DNA of 64,000 bases from Thermoplasmatota archaeon (GTDB lineage Archaea > Thermoplasmatota > Thermoplasmata > UBA10834). Below, piece by piece: positions 26,982-36,241 of the stretch (its first letter is position 1; every line of letters begins with the position of its first letter). Below the pieces are notes generated by a model. That model was not told the origin of the DNA. It made no database searches and saw nothing but the letters and a program-made list of their open reading frames with translations. The stretch covers positions 212,141-276,140 of the forward strand of contig JBFMHR010000005.1 of assembly GCA_040751795.1 (NCBI GenBank). Direction: 5' to 3'. The translations under genes and the position numbers were made by a program.

Positions 26982-27971
26982 TCACTCGAACTTCTCGCCG
27001 CACTTGGGGCACTGGGCCGCGTCGGCCGGGACGTCCGCGCCGCACTCGGAGCAGACGAAGGTGTCCTCGGCGTCCACCCCCATCGCCTTCGAGAGGCTCG
27101 GGACCTTCGCCTCGTCCTTGGGGGTCTGCGCCTCGGCCTCCTTGCGCTTCTCCTCCCACTTCTCCAGCTGCTTCTCCCTCATCCTGCGGGCCCTCCGGGT
27201 CCACCAGATCATCCCGACGAGGATGGCGTAGATCACGAAGAACTGCATGTACGCCTGGATTGCGGAGTAGTACAGGAGCGGCTGCATGACCTCCCAGGTG
27301 CTCGTGTAGACCGGGCCGATGGCCCAGACCTCGAGCCCCTCCTCGTACTCGGCCGCGAGGTACCAGGTGTCGTTGACCTTGGCTGAGAACACGAACTGGT
27401 TGATCGGGTCGGAGATGGTCGTGGCGAGGTAGTACTGGGCGACGGTGTCGTTGCGTGGCCCGGGCAGCATGGTCCTGTTATCGAGAGGGCCCAGCCCCAG
27501 GATGAGGACCGTCACGTTGGATATGGTCGCGTTGGCGTGGGCGTTCACGTTGAGCGTGTAGTTGAACGCGGTCATCGAGTCGCCCCGGAGCGGGGTCACC
27601 GACCCGTCGCTGAGGGTCATGGCCGCGTCGTCGCTGTAGAGGCTCACGGGCTCCACGTCGGTGTACAGCCCGAGGAAGAAGAACGCCTCGACGATGAGCA
27701 TGACCGCACAGGCTATCGCGCCCGCCAGGAGCAGTATCCTGGCCCTCTTGACCCTGAAGCCCCAGAAGACCCCGAGCAGGAAGAACGGCGGCAGGATGGT
27801 CACGAGGCAGGTGTCGAGCATGTAGACGAGCAGGAGGTAGAAGGCCGCGCCGACGATGGCGGCGCCGAGCGGTATCGTCAGCTCGGGCCGCTTGACTAGC
27901 TTCTCGAAGAGGTCCTTCCCCATCTTGATGAGGTTGTGGGGGAACACCAAGGGCTGCTGGTCCTGCTCCAT
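26982..27971 (-). CDS. Membrane protein with extracellular Ig-like domain and C-terminal zinc ribbon
   Basis: N-terminal TMs, GSVTPLRGDSMTAFNYT ectodomain, TM, CSECGADVPADAAQCPKCGEKFE. Confidence 0.8.
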   Translation of the reverse strand: MEQDQQPLVFPHNLIKMGKDLFEKLVKRPELTIPLGAAIVGAAFYLLLVYMLDTCLVTILPPFFLLGVFWGFRVKRARILLLAGAIACAVMLIVEAFFFLGLYTDVEPVSLYSDDAAMTLSDGSVTPLRGDSMTAFNYTLNVNAHANATISNVTVLILGLGPLDNRTMLPGPRNDTVAQYYLATTISDPINQFVFSAKVNDTWYLAAEYEEGLEVWAIGPVYTSTWEVMQPLLYYSAIQAYMQFFVIYAILVGMIWWTRRARRMREKQLEKWEEKRKEAEAQTPKDEAKVPSLSKAMGVDAEDTFVCSECGADVPADAAQCPKCGEKFE

Positions 27972-28105
27972 CTCGTGAGGCAATCCGCTCTTGCCATAAA
28001 AAGATTGGTTCGGTGCCCCGCCGGGGGGGCCGGGAAGGTGCCTCAAATACAGTTATATAGGGACACATGCGATTGACGCCCTTCCCTGGAGAGGAGGCCC
28101 CAGCG

Positions 28106-29071
28106 TTGAAGACCGCGGTCATAGCCATCGGAGGCAATGCCATCCTCCGCGCCGGCGAGGAGGCGACCCTCGAGAACCAGCTCAGGAACGCCACCGCGAC
28201 AGCGAAGGCCCTGACCGACATCATACAGACGGGCAGGGACATAGTCATCACCCACGGGAACGGCCCCCAGGTGGGCGACCTCTACCTCAGGAACGAGATC
28301 GCCAAGGACAAGGTCCAGCCCATGACCCTGGACGTCTGCGTCGCCCAGAGCCAGGGGCAGATCGGCTACATGCTGCAGAACGCCCTGAACTCGGAGTTCG
28401 CGGCGCGGCACATGAACAAGGTCGCGGTCTCGCTCATCACGCAGGTCATAGTGTCGGAGGACGACCCGGCCTTCAAGGAGCCGACCAAGCCCATAGGCCG
28501 CTACTACAGCGAGGAGGAGGCCCGGAAGCTGGAGCAGGAGAAGGGCTGGAAGATGGTCCTCGACAAGAAGAGGGGCGGGTACAGGAAGGTCGTCCCGTCC
28601 CCCAAGCCCATAGGCATAGTCGAGAGCAAGCCCGTAAGGCGGCTCATATTCGGCGGCAGGGACCAGGCCGAGGTCGTCATAGCCTGCGGCGGCGGGGGCA
28701 TCCCGGTCGTGTTCAAGGACGACAGGTACGTGGGCGTCGAGGCCGTCGTGGACAAGGACCTCGCGGCCGCGATGCTGGGCAACAACATCAAGGAGTCCCT
28801 CTTCGTCATTGCCACCGACGTCGAGCACGTGTTCGCGGACTTCGGGAAGCCCACCCAGAGGCCGCTCAAGAAGGTCACCGAGTCGCAGATCCGGGGCTTC
28901 TTCAACGCGGGACAGTTCCCCCCCGGCAGCATGGGCCCGAAGGTCGAGGCCGCCATAAGGTTCCTCAAGGGCGGGGGCGAGGAGGTCATCATAACCTCCA
29001 TAGACAAGCTCCCCGAGGCCATAGGCGGCTCCGCTGGAACACATATCTACCGGGACGATGTTAGTCCCTGA
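28106..29071 (+). CDS. arcC: Carbamate kinase
   Basis: IAIGGNAI, THGNGPQVG, SQGQIGY, DPAFKEPTKPIG, VVPSPKP, GVEAVVDKD, GSMGPKVEA; TTG start after GAGGAGG. Confidence 0.95.
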   Translation: MKTAVIAIGGNAILRAGEEATLENQLRNATATAKALTDIIQTGRDIVITHGNGPQVGDLYLRNEIAKDKVQPMTLDVCVAQSQGQIGYMLQNALNSEFAARHMNKVAVSLITQVIVSEDDPAFKEPTKPIGRYYSEEEARKLEQEKGWKMVLDKKRGGYRKVVPSPKPIGIVESKPVRRLIFGGRDQAEVVIACGGGGIPVVFKDDRYVGVEAVVDKDLAAAMLGNNIKESLFVIATDVEHVFADFGKPTQRPLKKVTESQIRGFFNAGQFPPGSMGPKVEAAIRFLKGGGEEVIITSIDKLPEAIGGSAGTHIYRDDVSP

Positions 29072-29075
29072 GCAG

Positions 29076-30176
29076 ATGGCGACCATAGAGGAGCAGATCA
29101 AGGCGATCGAGGACGAGATCGCCAAGACCCAGTACAACAAGAAGACCCAGCACCACATCGGCAAGCTGAAGGCCAAGATGGCCCGGCTCAAGGACGAGAT
29201 GGAGGTCAGGCGGTCCAAGGGGCCTAAGACCGCCGGGTACGCCGTGAGGAAGTCCGGCCACGGCACGGTCGCGCTCGTCGGCTTCCCCAGCGTGGGCAAG
29301 TCGACCCTCCTCAACAAGATCACCAACGCGCAGAGCGAGGTCGCCGCCTACCAGTTCACCACCCTCACCTGCGTCCCCGGGCTCATGGAGTACCGCGGGG
29401 CGAAGATACAGGTGCTCGACCTGCCAGGGCTGATCAAGGACGCGTCGAAGGGCAAGGGGCGCGGGAGGGAGGTGCTCTCCGTGGTGCGTTCGGCGGACCT
29501 CATCCTCCTCATGATCGACGTCTTCGAGACCAACGTCCAGGTCCTCGTCGACGAGCTCTGGACGGCGAACATGAGGCTGAACCAGCGCCCGCCCGACATC
29601 GTCATATCCAAGAAGAACCGGGGCGGCGTGCTCGTGAACTTCACCACCCCGCAGTCCACCGTCGACGAGGAGCTGGTAGTCGACATGATGAACGAGTACG
29701 GCTACATCAACGCGGACATCGTCATCAGGGAGGACATAGTCGAGGACCAGCTCATAGACTACATCTCGGGCAACAGGCACTACGTCCCGGCGGTCGTGGC
29801 CGTGAACAAGACCGACCTGGTCAACAAGGAGTACATCGCGCATCTGAGGAGGAAGCTGAAGGGGTGGAAGCTCGTGCCGATCTCCGCGGAGAGGGGCATA
29901 GGCGTCGAGGAGCTGAAGGAGGAGATATACGTCGCCCTCCGGTTCATCCGCATCTACCTGAAGCCCCAGGGGAAGGAGGCCGACATGGCCGAGCCGCTGG
30001 TCATCAAGGACGGCTCGGACATAGGCGTCATATGCGACACGATACACAGGGACTTCAGGAGGAACTTCAGGTACGCGCAGGTCTGGGGGAAGAGCGCGAG
30101 GTTCCCCGGACAGATCGTGGGCCTGGAGCACAAGGTCTCGGACCAGGACGTCGTGACGATAATAGTGAAGCGGTGA
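29076..30176 (+). CDS. drg: DRG/OBG-family GTPase with TGS domain
   Basis: GFPSVGKST, YQFTT, DLPG, NKTD, IHRDF..YAQVWGKSARFPGQ. Confidence 0.95.
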   Translation: MATIEEQIKAIEDEIAKTQYNKKTQHHIGKLKAKMARLKDEMEVRRSKGPKTAGYAVRKSGHGTVALVGFPSVGKSTLLNKITNAQSEVAAYQFTTLTCVPGLMEYRGAKIQVLDLPGLIKDASKGKGRGREVLSVVRSADLILLMIDVFETNVQVLVDELWTANMRLNQRPPDIVISKKNRGGVLVNFTTPQSTVDEELVVDMMNEYGYINADIVIREDIVEDQLIDYISGNRHYVPAVVAVNKTDLVNKEYIAHLRRKLKGWKLVPISAERGIGVEELKEEIYVALRFIRIYLKPQGKEADMAEPLVIKDGSDIGVICDTIHRDFRRNFRYAQVWGKSARFPGQIVGLEHKVSDQDVVTIIVKR

Positions 30177-30244
30177 GCGGGTCTCTCAGAAATCGTGCAA
30201 GTTGTTTGAAGGAAAGGGTTTGTGGCGAGCGATGAAGAGGGACA

Positions 30245-30466
30245 TTACTCCTTCTTCATCAGCTTCATGAAGCCGCCGCCCTCGTGGATCTCGAGGTTCT
30301 TGTCCCTCAGTATGGACTCGAACTCGGGCCAGTCGATCACGTCGACACGGGGGCTGCCTCCCCTCGTGAACTCGATCTCGGTCGTTCCTCTGACCTTCCC
30401 TGGCCTCAAGCTCTTCTCGGCGGCGATCTCCTTTGCCCTGTCGAGAGATATTGGCTTCATCGGCAT
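30245..30466 (-). CDS. Small hypothetical protein (73 aa)
   Basis: MPMKPISLDRAKEIA...IDWPEFESILRDKNLEIHEGGGFMKLMKKE; GGAGGG RBS and TTTATAT box upstream. Confidence 0.75.
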   Translation of the reverse strand: MPMKPISLDRAKEIAAEKSLRPGKVRGTTEIEFTRGGSPRVDVIDWPEFESILRDKNLEIHEGGGFMKLMKKE

Positions 30467-30600
30467 GGTGCATCCCTCCGTCTTGTATGTCGGACCCTTC
30501 CGACCGTCCTTCGAATAGCCGTCTGACATATAAATGACTTTCGCTGGCTAGTACAATCTTCGATGCTGGCTCTATGTCGGACGCTCGCTGGCGCGCGCGG

Positions 30601-31926
30601 TCAGAAGAGGACGAGGAGCATCAGGGTGGACACGAAGAGGGTGGCCATGGCTACCGGGAAGCCCACGAACGTGAACTTCCAGAAGTCCACCTCCACGCCC
30701 ATCCCCTCCGCCTTCTCCGCGACTATCACGTTCGCCGCCGCCCCGAGGATCGTGGCGTTGCCCGCGAGCGTCGAGCTCGAGGCGAGGGCTATCCAGAGGT
30801 CCGTCTCGGACACGGGGATGAGCTCGCTGAGCAGCATCACCGCCGGCACGTTGCTCACTAGGTTCGATAGGAGCGCCGAGAGTGCCGCGAGCCACTCCAC
30901 CTTCGGGACGCCCCCGTCCTCGAACCCGGGGAAGAAGTCCTTGATCTGCGTGAGCAGCCCCGAGTCCCGGACGCCCTGCAGGACGATGAACAGCCCCACG
31001 AAGAAGAGGATGATGGACCAGTCCACCCCGCCGAGCATGTCCTTCGCCTTGACCCTGGACACCATCGGCACGACGAAGAGGGCGGCCACGCCGCCGATGA
31101 AGGCAACCATGGCGATGGGCGCGTCGATGACGTGGCTCGCGACGAACGCGACGAAGGTCCCGGCCGTGATTAGCAGGAGGGCGTAGAGCCCGAACCTGTG
31201 CTCCCTCATCTTCCTGAGGCCCGACTCGGCGAGCACGTCCCCCTTCACGATCTCCTCCTGGAACATCGCCCAGCCGTCGCTCAGGATCTTCCTCCTGAAC
31301 TCCTGGGCGCTGCCCCTGTTGATCTCCTTCCTGTAGATGATGTACAGTATCGCGATCGCGACGAGCATGCACACGGCCGCCACGGGCACGAGCCTCGCAG
31401 AGAAGTCGACGAACGATATCCCGGCCTTGGTGGCGATGTACGCGTTCTGGGGGTTGCCCACGGCCGTCGCCACGCTCCCTATGTTGGCGGCCATCGCCTC
31501 GGCGACCAGGAACGGGACCGGGTTGGACTTGAGGAGCCTGCAGGTCCTGATTATGATGGGGGTGAAGAGCAGGACGACGGTGTCGTTGAGCACCAGCGCC
31601 GAGAGGACGCCCGTCACGACCATCGTGAGCACGAGGAACGTGAACTGGTCCTTCGAGTACCTGATCATCCTGAGCGATATCCACTCGAAGAAGCCGCAGA
31701 GCTCCAGCCCCGCGACGAGGATCATCATCCCGACGAGCAGCAGCACTATGTCGAGGTTGATCGCGGATATCGCGTCGGATGGCGCCACGACCCCGAGGAC
31801 GACCATGAGGGCGGCGCCGATGAGGGCGGCCGCGGGCCTGTCAACGCGGACCCTGGGGAACCTGCGTATGGAGATCAGCGCGTAGGTCGCGAGGAACACC
31901 GCGAGGGCTACCCAGAGCACATCCAT
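30601..31926 (-). CDS. ArsB/NhaD (SLC13/CitMHS-like) anion transporter
   Basis: DRPAAALIGA, LSALVLNDT, ANIGSVATAVGNPQN, LSNLVSNVPA, STLAGNATILGAAAN. Confidence 0.92.
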   Translation of the reverse strand: MDVLWVALAVFLATYALISIRRFPRVRVDRPAAALIGAALMVVLGVVAPSDAISAINLDIVLLLVGMMILVAGLELCGFFEWISLRMIRYSKDQFTFLVLTMVVTGVLSALVLNDTVVLLFTPIIIRTCRLLKSNPVPFLVAEAMAANIGSVATAVGNPQNAYIATKAGISFVDFSARLVPVAAVCMLVAIAILYIIYRKEINRGSAQEFRRKILSDGWAMFQEEIVKGDVLAESGLRKMREHRFGLYALLLITAGTFVAFVASHVIDAPIAMVAFIGGVAALFVVPMVSRVKAKDMLGGVDWSIILFFVGLFIVLQGVRDSGLLTQIKDFFPGFEDGGVPKVEWLAALSALLSNLVSNVPAVMLLSELIPVSETDLWIALASSSTLAGNATILGAAANVIVAEKAEGMGVEVDFWKFTFVGFPVAMATLFVSTLMLLVLF

Positions 31927-31984
31927 CCGTGAGTGCAACCACGATGGTGGATATCAATCCTGCCATGCCCTCCAGGCCGTCCCC

Positions 31985-31996
31985 AAAAGGATTAAA
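31985..31996 (+). promoter_or_regulatory. BRE-TATA promoter of leaderless hisS
   Basis: AAAAGGATTAAA about 26 nt before ATG 32022. Confidence 0.6.
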
Positions 31997-32021
31997 CGCA
32001 GGGAATGGCTATCGCGCAGCC

Positions 32022-33278
32022 ATGATTCAGCGCCCCCGCGGGACAAGGGACTTCGGCCCCCAGGAGATGGCCGGGCGCAGGGCGGTCGAGCAGGCCATGC
32101 GCGATGTCTGCCTCCGGGCGGGGTTCGGCGAGGTGGTCACCCCGACCTTCGAGCACTCGGAGCTCTTCACCCTCAGGTCCGGGCAGGCCGTCATAGACGA
32201 GATGTACGTCTTCAGGGACAAGGGCGACAGGGAGATGGCCCTGAGGCCGGAGATCACCGCGTCGGTCATCAGGTTCTACGTCAACGAGCTCTCCAACACC
32301 CCCAAGCCGCTGAAGCTGTACTACGTGGGCAACTGCTTCAGGTACGAGAACCCCCAGAGCGGCAGGTTCAGGGAGTTCTTCCAGCTCGGTGCGGAGCTCA
32401 TCGGCTCCAAGAACGCCGAGACGGACGCCGAGGCCATCGCGCTAGCCGTCAACTGCGTACGCGCCTCGGGCCTCAAGGACTTCAAGGTCCGCGTCGGGCA
32501 CATCGGGATACTCAAGTCCCTCGTGCAGGAGGAGGTCCAGGACAAGAAGGCGGCCGCCGACATCCTGAGGATGCTGGACAAGGAGGACTTCGACGCCATG
32601 GGCGACATGTTCGACGCGAGGGCCCTCCCGAGGAGCCTCTTCGAGAGGATCACGGCCATCGCGGAGATGAAGGGCCCCGTGGGCGTCCTTGACTCGCTCG
32701 GCGACTCCGGGGCAGCGAGGCACCTCAGGGAGGTCTTCGGCACCCTCCACCTCTTCGGCGTCGAGGGCTGCGAGGTTGACCTCGGGATAGTGCGCGGGCT
32801 CGACTACTACACCGGCATGGTGTTCGAGATCGACGCCCCCGCCCTCGGTGCGGAGAAGCAGATCATGGGCGGCGGCTCCTACACGCTCTCGGAGCTCTTC
32901 GGCGGCGAGCCCGTCTTCAGCACGGGCTTCGCGATCGGAATCGACAGGGTGATGCTGGCCCTCGCGGCCGAGGGCGGAGGGAAGGCCCCGGTCCAGCTCG
33001 ACGCGTACGTGATCCCGACCAAGGACGAGATGAGGGACGACGCCTTCAGGATAGTCGCGGGGCTTAGGTCCGCGGGACTGAGGGCGGACGTCGACCTGAT
33101 GCGCCGGAACATGAGCAAGAACCTGAAGTACGCATCATCGGCCGGCGCCAGGTTCGCGGTCATCGTGGGCAGCAAGGAGATGGCCGACGGCTCCGTCACG
33201 CTCAGGGACATGGGGACCGGCGGGCAGAGGGTGGTCCCGGTGAAGGACCTGGCCGACGCCATATCGGGGAAGGGCTGA
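32022..33278 (+). CDS. hisS: Histidine--tRNA ligase
   Basis: PRGTRDF, LRPEITAS, FRYENPQSGRFREFFQ, VRGLDYYTG, GGGSY, anticodon-binding domain. Confidence 0.98.
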   Translation: MIQRPRGTRDFGPQEMAGRRAVEQAMRDVCLRAGFGEVVTPTFEHSELFTLRSGQAVIDEMYVFRDKGDREMALRPEITASVIRFYVNELSNTPKPLKLYYVGNCFRYENPQSGRFREFFQLGAELIGSKNAETDAEAIALAVNCVRASGLKDFKVRVGHIGILKSLVQEEVQDKKAAADILRMLDKEDFDAMGDMFDARALPRSLFERITAIAEMKGPVGVLDSLGDSGAARHLREVFGTLHLFGVEGCEVDLGIVRGLDYYTGMVFEIDAPALGAEKQIMGGGSYTLSELFGGEPVFSTGFAIGIDRVMLALAAEGGGKAPVQLDAYVIPTKDEMRDDAFRIVAGLRSAGLRADVDLMRRNMSKNLKYASSAGARFAVIVGSKEMADGSVTLRDMGTGGQRVVPVKDLADAISGKG

Positions 33279-33289
33279 GGCCCGGGACG

Positions 33290-34084
33290 GTGGTCGTGAC
33301 GGAGGTACGCGACCTTGACCCCGAGCGACAACCGGCGTTCTTCAAGTGCCTCGAGGAGTGGTCCCCCGACATGGCGGACGTGGGCGACCGGAGGGAGGTC
33401 TGGTTCGAGAGGATGTCGAAGATGGGCCTCCGGGCCAAGATCGCCTTCGACGACAAGGGGGTCCCGGGCGGCATGATCCAGTACCTGCCCATCGAGCACT
33501 CGCAGGCGGAGGGGGAGGGGCTCCACTTCGTCCTCTGCATCTGGGTGCACGGGCACAAGCAGGGGAGGGGCGACTTCCAGGGGAGGGGCATGGGCTCGGC
33601 GCTGCTCAGGGCCGCGGAGGACGACGCGCGCTCCATCGGCTCCAAGGGCATGGTCGCCTGGGGCCTGTCGATGCCCTTCTGGATGAAGGCATCGTGGTTC
33701 AGGAAGCACGGCTACAAGAAGGTCGACAAGGACGGGATGAGCGTCCTCATGTGGAAGCCGTTCTCCGACGACGCCCGCCCGCCCAGATGGGTCCGGGTCA
33801 GGAAGCGCCCTTCGAGGCATGAGGGTGTCGTCACCGTCACGTCGTTCAACAGCGGGTGGTGCTCCGCCGGCAACATGGTGCACGAGCGGGCGAAGAGGGC
33901 CTCGTCCATGTTGGGCGAAAGGGTCCGCTTCGAGTTCGTCGACACCATGGACAGGGCGACGATGCTGGAGTGGGGCATCAGCGACGCCCTCTTCATCGAC
34001 GGGAAGCAGGTGCGCACGGGCCCGCCGCCCTCGTTCGACAAGATCAGGGGCGCCATAGAGCGCCGCGTCAGGAAGCTGGAATAA
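33290..34084 (+). CDS. GNAT acetyltransferase with C-terminal thioredoxin-like domain (YoaP-like)
   Basis: GMIQYLPIE, LCIWV, FQGRGMGSALL, WFRKHGY; SGWC..WGISDALFIDGK. Confidence 0.8.
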   Translation: MVVTEVRDLDPERQPAFFKCLEEWSPDMADVGDRREVWFERMSKMGLRAKIAFDDKGVPGGMIQYLPIEHSQAEGEGLHFVLCIWVHGHKQGRGDFQGRGMGSALLRAAEDDARSIGSKGMVAWGLSMPFWMKASWFRKHGYKKVDKDGMSVLMWKPFSDDARPPRWVRVRKRPSRHEGVVTVTSFNSGWCSAGNMVHERAKRASSMLGERVRFEFVDTMDRATMLEWGISDALFIDGKQVRTGPPPSFDKIRGAIERRVRKLE

Positions 34085-34095
34085 AAGAGAAGGTG

Positions 34096-34118
34096 CCATC
34101 CGGGTCAGCCCCGGATGG
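34096..34118 (-). terminator. Hairpin between convergent genes, probable gdhA terminator
   Basis: CCATCCGGG-N5-CCCGGATGG perfect 9-bp stem followed on the minus strand by TTCTCTTTT. Confidence 0.6.
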
Positions 34119-34138
34119 TCTGAGTTTGAGAGTGGTTT

Positions 34139-35392
34139 CTACGGGTAGAAGCCCCGGAGCTTCGTGGCGTCGGCGACCCTCTTCACTGCGACGAGGTACG
34201 CCGCGTCCCTCATGTTGCACTTGTGCTTCTCCTTCATGTCCCACACTTCGTGGAACGCCTTGGTGATCTTCTGGTCGAGGCGATCGTTGACCTCTTCCTC
34301 GGTCCAGTAGTAGTTGTAGTTGTTCTGGACCCACTCGAAGTAGCTCACCGTGACACCGCCCGCGTTGGCGAGGATGTCGGGCAGGACGAGCACGCCGTTC
34401 TTGTACAGGATCGCGTCGGCCTCGAAGGTGGTCGGGCCGTTCGCGCCCTCACCGGAGATCGTGGCCTTGATCTTGCCAGCGTTGTCCTTCGTTATGACGT
34501 TCTCCAAGGCGCAGGGCAGCAGCACGTCGACCTTGAGCTCCAGTATGGCCTCGTTCGTGATCGGCTTCGTCCCGGGGAATCCCTTGACGCTGCCGGTCTT
34601 CTTCTTGTGGGCCATGACCTCGTCGTACTTGAGGCCCTTCTCGTTGATGATCCCGCCCTGGGAGTCGCTCACCGCGATGACCTTGGAGCCGAAGTCGCGC
34701 TCGATCAGCATATGGGCGAACGCACCGACGTTGCCGTACCCCTGGATGGCCACGGTCGCGCCCTTCAGGTTCATCCCGATCTTCTTCGCCGCCTCGCGGA
34801 CGCAGAAGACGAGGCCCCTCGAGGTCGCCTCGGGCCTGCCCAGCGAGCCGCCGATCTCCCTCGGCTTGCCCGTGATGACGCCCGGCACCGCGTAGCCCTT
34901 CATCATGCTGTAGGTGTCCATGATCCAGGCCATCTCGCGGCCGCCCGTGTTGACGTCGGGCGCGGGGATGTCCTTCTCAGGGCCTATGATGATGGATATC
35001 TCGGAGGCGTACCTCCTCGTCATCCTCTCGACCTCGCCCGCGGACATGGTCTTCGGGTTGGCGATGATGCCTCCCTTCGCACCTCCGTACGGGATGTCGA
35101 CAGTCGCAGTCTTCCAGGTCATCCACGAAGCCAGCGCCCTGACCTCGTCGATGTCCACCTGCGGGTGGTACCTGATGCCGCCCTTGTAGGGGCCGCGGGC
35201 CTCGTTGTGCTGGACCCTGTACCCGGTGAACACCTTGACCTTCCCGTCGTCCATCTTGACCGGGAAGTTCACGGACAGCTCCCTCTTCGGGGACTTCAGA
35301 ACCTCGACCAGGCCCGGCTCGAGCCCGAGGGTCTTGCCGGCCTTGTCGACCATCTTCCTCATTTCCTCAAACGGATTCGCCTTGCCTGCCAT
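34139..35392 (-). CDS. gdhA: Glutamate dehydrogenase
   Basis: GYRVQH, GPYKGGIRY, MTWK, GGAKGG, DIPAPD, QGYGNVG, EGANGPTT, ANAGGVTVSYFEWVQN. Confidence 0.97.
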   Translation of the reverse strand: MAGKANPFEEMRKMVDKAGKTLGLEPGLVEVLKSPKRELSVNFPVKMDDGKVKVFTGYRVQHNEARGPYKGGIRYHPQVDIDEVRALASWMTWKTATVDIPYGGAKGGIIANPKTMSAGEVERMTRRYASEISIIIGPEKDIPAPDVNTGGREMAWIMDTYSMMKGYAVPGVITGKPREIGGSLGRPEATSRGLVFCVREAAKKIGMNLKGATVAIQGYGNVGAFAHMLIERDFGSKVIAVSDSQGGIINEKGLKYDEVMAHKKKTGSVKGFPGTKPITNEAILELKVDVLLPCALENVITKDNAGKIKATISGEGANGPTTFEADAILYKNGVLVLPDILANAGGVTVSYFEWVQNNYNYYWTEEEVNDRLDQKITKAFHEVWDMKEKHKCNMRDAAYLVAVKRVADATKLRGFYP

Positions 35393-35610
35393 TCTAACAC
35401 CATTGGCCTCTCAGCCCGCTATCGAAGGCTGCTTGCGGCCTGAGCACTAGAAGCGCATGTTTGCGCCCGATTTAAATCTATCCCCTGTACTCCCGTTGCC
35501 CTCTGGACAGGTTGCTACTATTGCCGGGTCCTTCCGCCCGTTCCTTCGAAAAAGACGCCCTCGCTTCGGAAGGAACATATACCGTGGAGGGGGGTCTTTC
35601 GAAAACCGCT

Positions 35611-35630
35611 GAGGCGGGGTTTCCCGCCTC
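35611..35630 (-). terminator. Hairpin downstream of the OsmC-PDO-hypothetical operon
   Basis: GAGGCGGG-N4-CCCGCCTC perfect 8-bp stem; TTTT follows on the minus strand. Confidence 0.5.
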
Positions 35631-35668
35631 GACACGCCCGTACGATATTCGCGAGCCCGGGGCGGCTA

Positions 35669-36136
35669 TCACCGGCGCAGGTCGAATCCGATCAGCACCG
35701 TCGCCAGCTTGGGGTCGTCGTCGAGGCCCGCGCTGCGCCTGATGTGCAGGTCGCCCATGGTCGACGGGCTCGATGAGACCACCCTGGCTGTGAAGGGCAG
35801 GGCCTCGACCTCCGCGAACGGCACGGGCGGCAGGACGAACCTCGCGTTCCTCCCGGACCTTCCGTCGTGGAACATCACGAAGTCCTTCCCGAGGTAGAGG
35901 GTCTTGACCCCCGGCCTCTCCTCGACCTTGTCCCCGGGGAGCAGCTCCCGCCCTATGACGGCGCCGTCCTCGTCTATGAGCATGACCGTGGCGTGCGGCG
36001 GCGGCCTGAAGGAGGCGTCCTTCACTATGCACGCGACCCTGTCGCGCGTGAGGCACTCGAGGACCCCCTCGTTCCTCACGACCAGCGGGCCGAAGGCGCG
36101 CACCTCCGACTCCATCTCCCTGAGCTCGGAGCGCAT
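35669..36136 (-). CDS. Hypothetical protein; true start probably further upstream (see findings)
   Basis: Globular composition (FRPPPHATV..IGRELLP..FVLPPVPF..SSSPST); the frame is open with coding-like sequence up to the PDO stop. Confidence 0.75.
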   Translation of the reverse strand: MRSELREMESEVRAFGPLVVRNEGVLECLTRDRVACIVKDASFRPPPHATVMLIDEDGAVIGRELLPGDKVEERPGVKTLYLGKDFVMFHDGRSGRNARFVLPPVPFAEVEALPFTARVVSSSPSTMGDLHIRRSAGLDDDPKLATVLIGFDLRR

Positions 36137-36241
36137 CGTGTCGCTGATGTAGAACGACCTCCTGACCCCCTTCAGCGACTCCAGCAGACCAAGTACCTCG
36201 TCCAGACTGAACCCCCCCGCTAGCGCCCCGGAACCCCGGGC

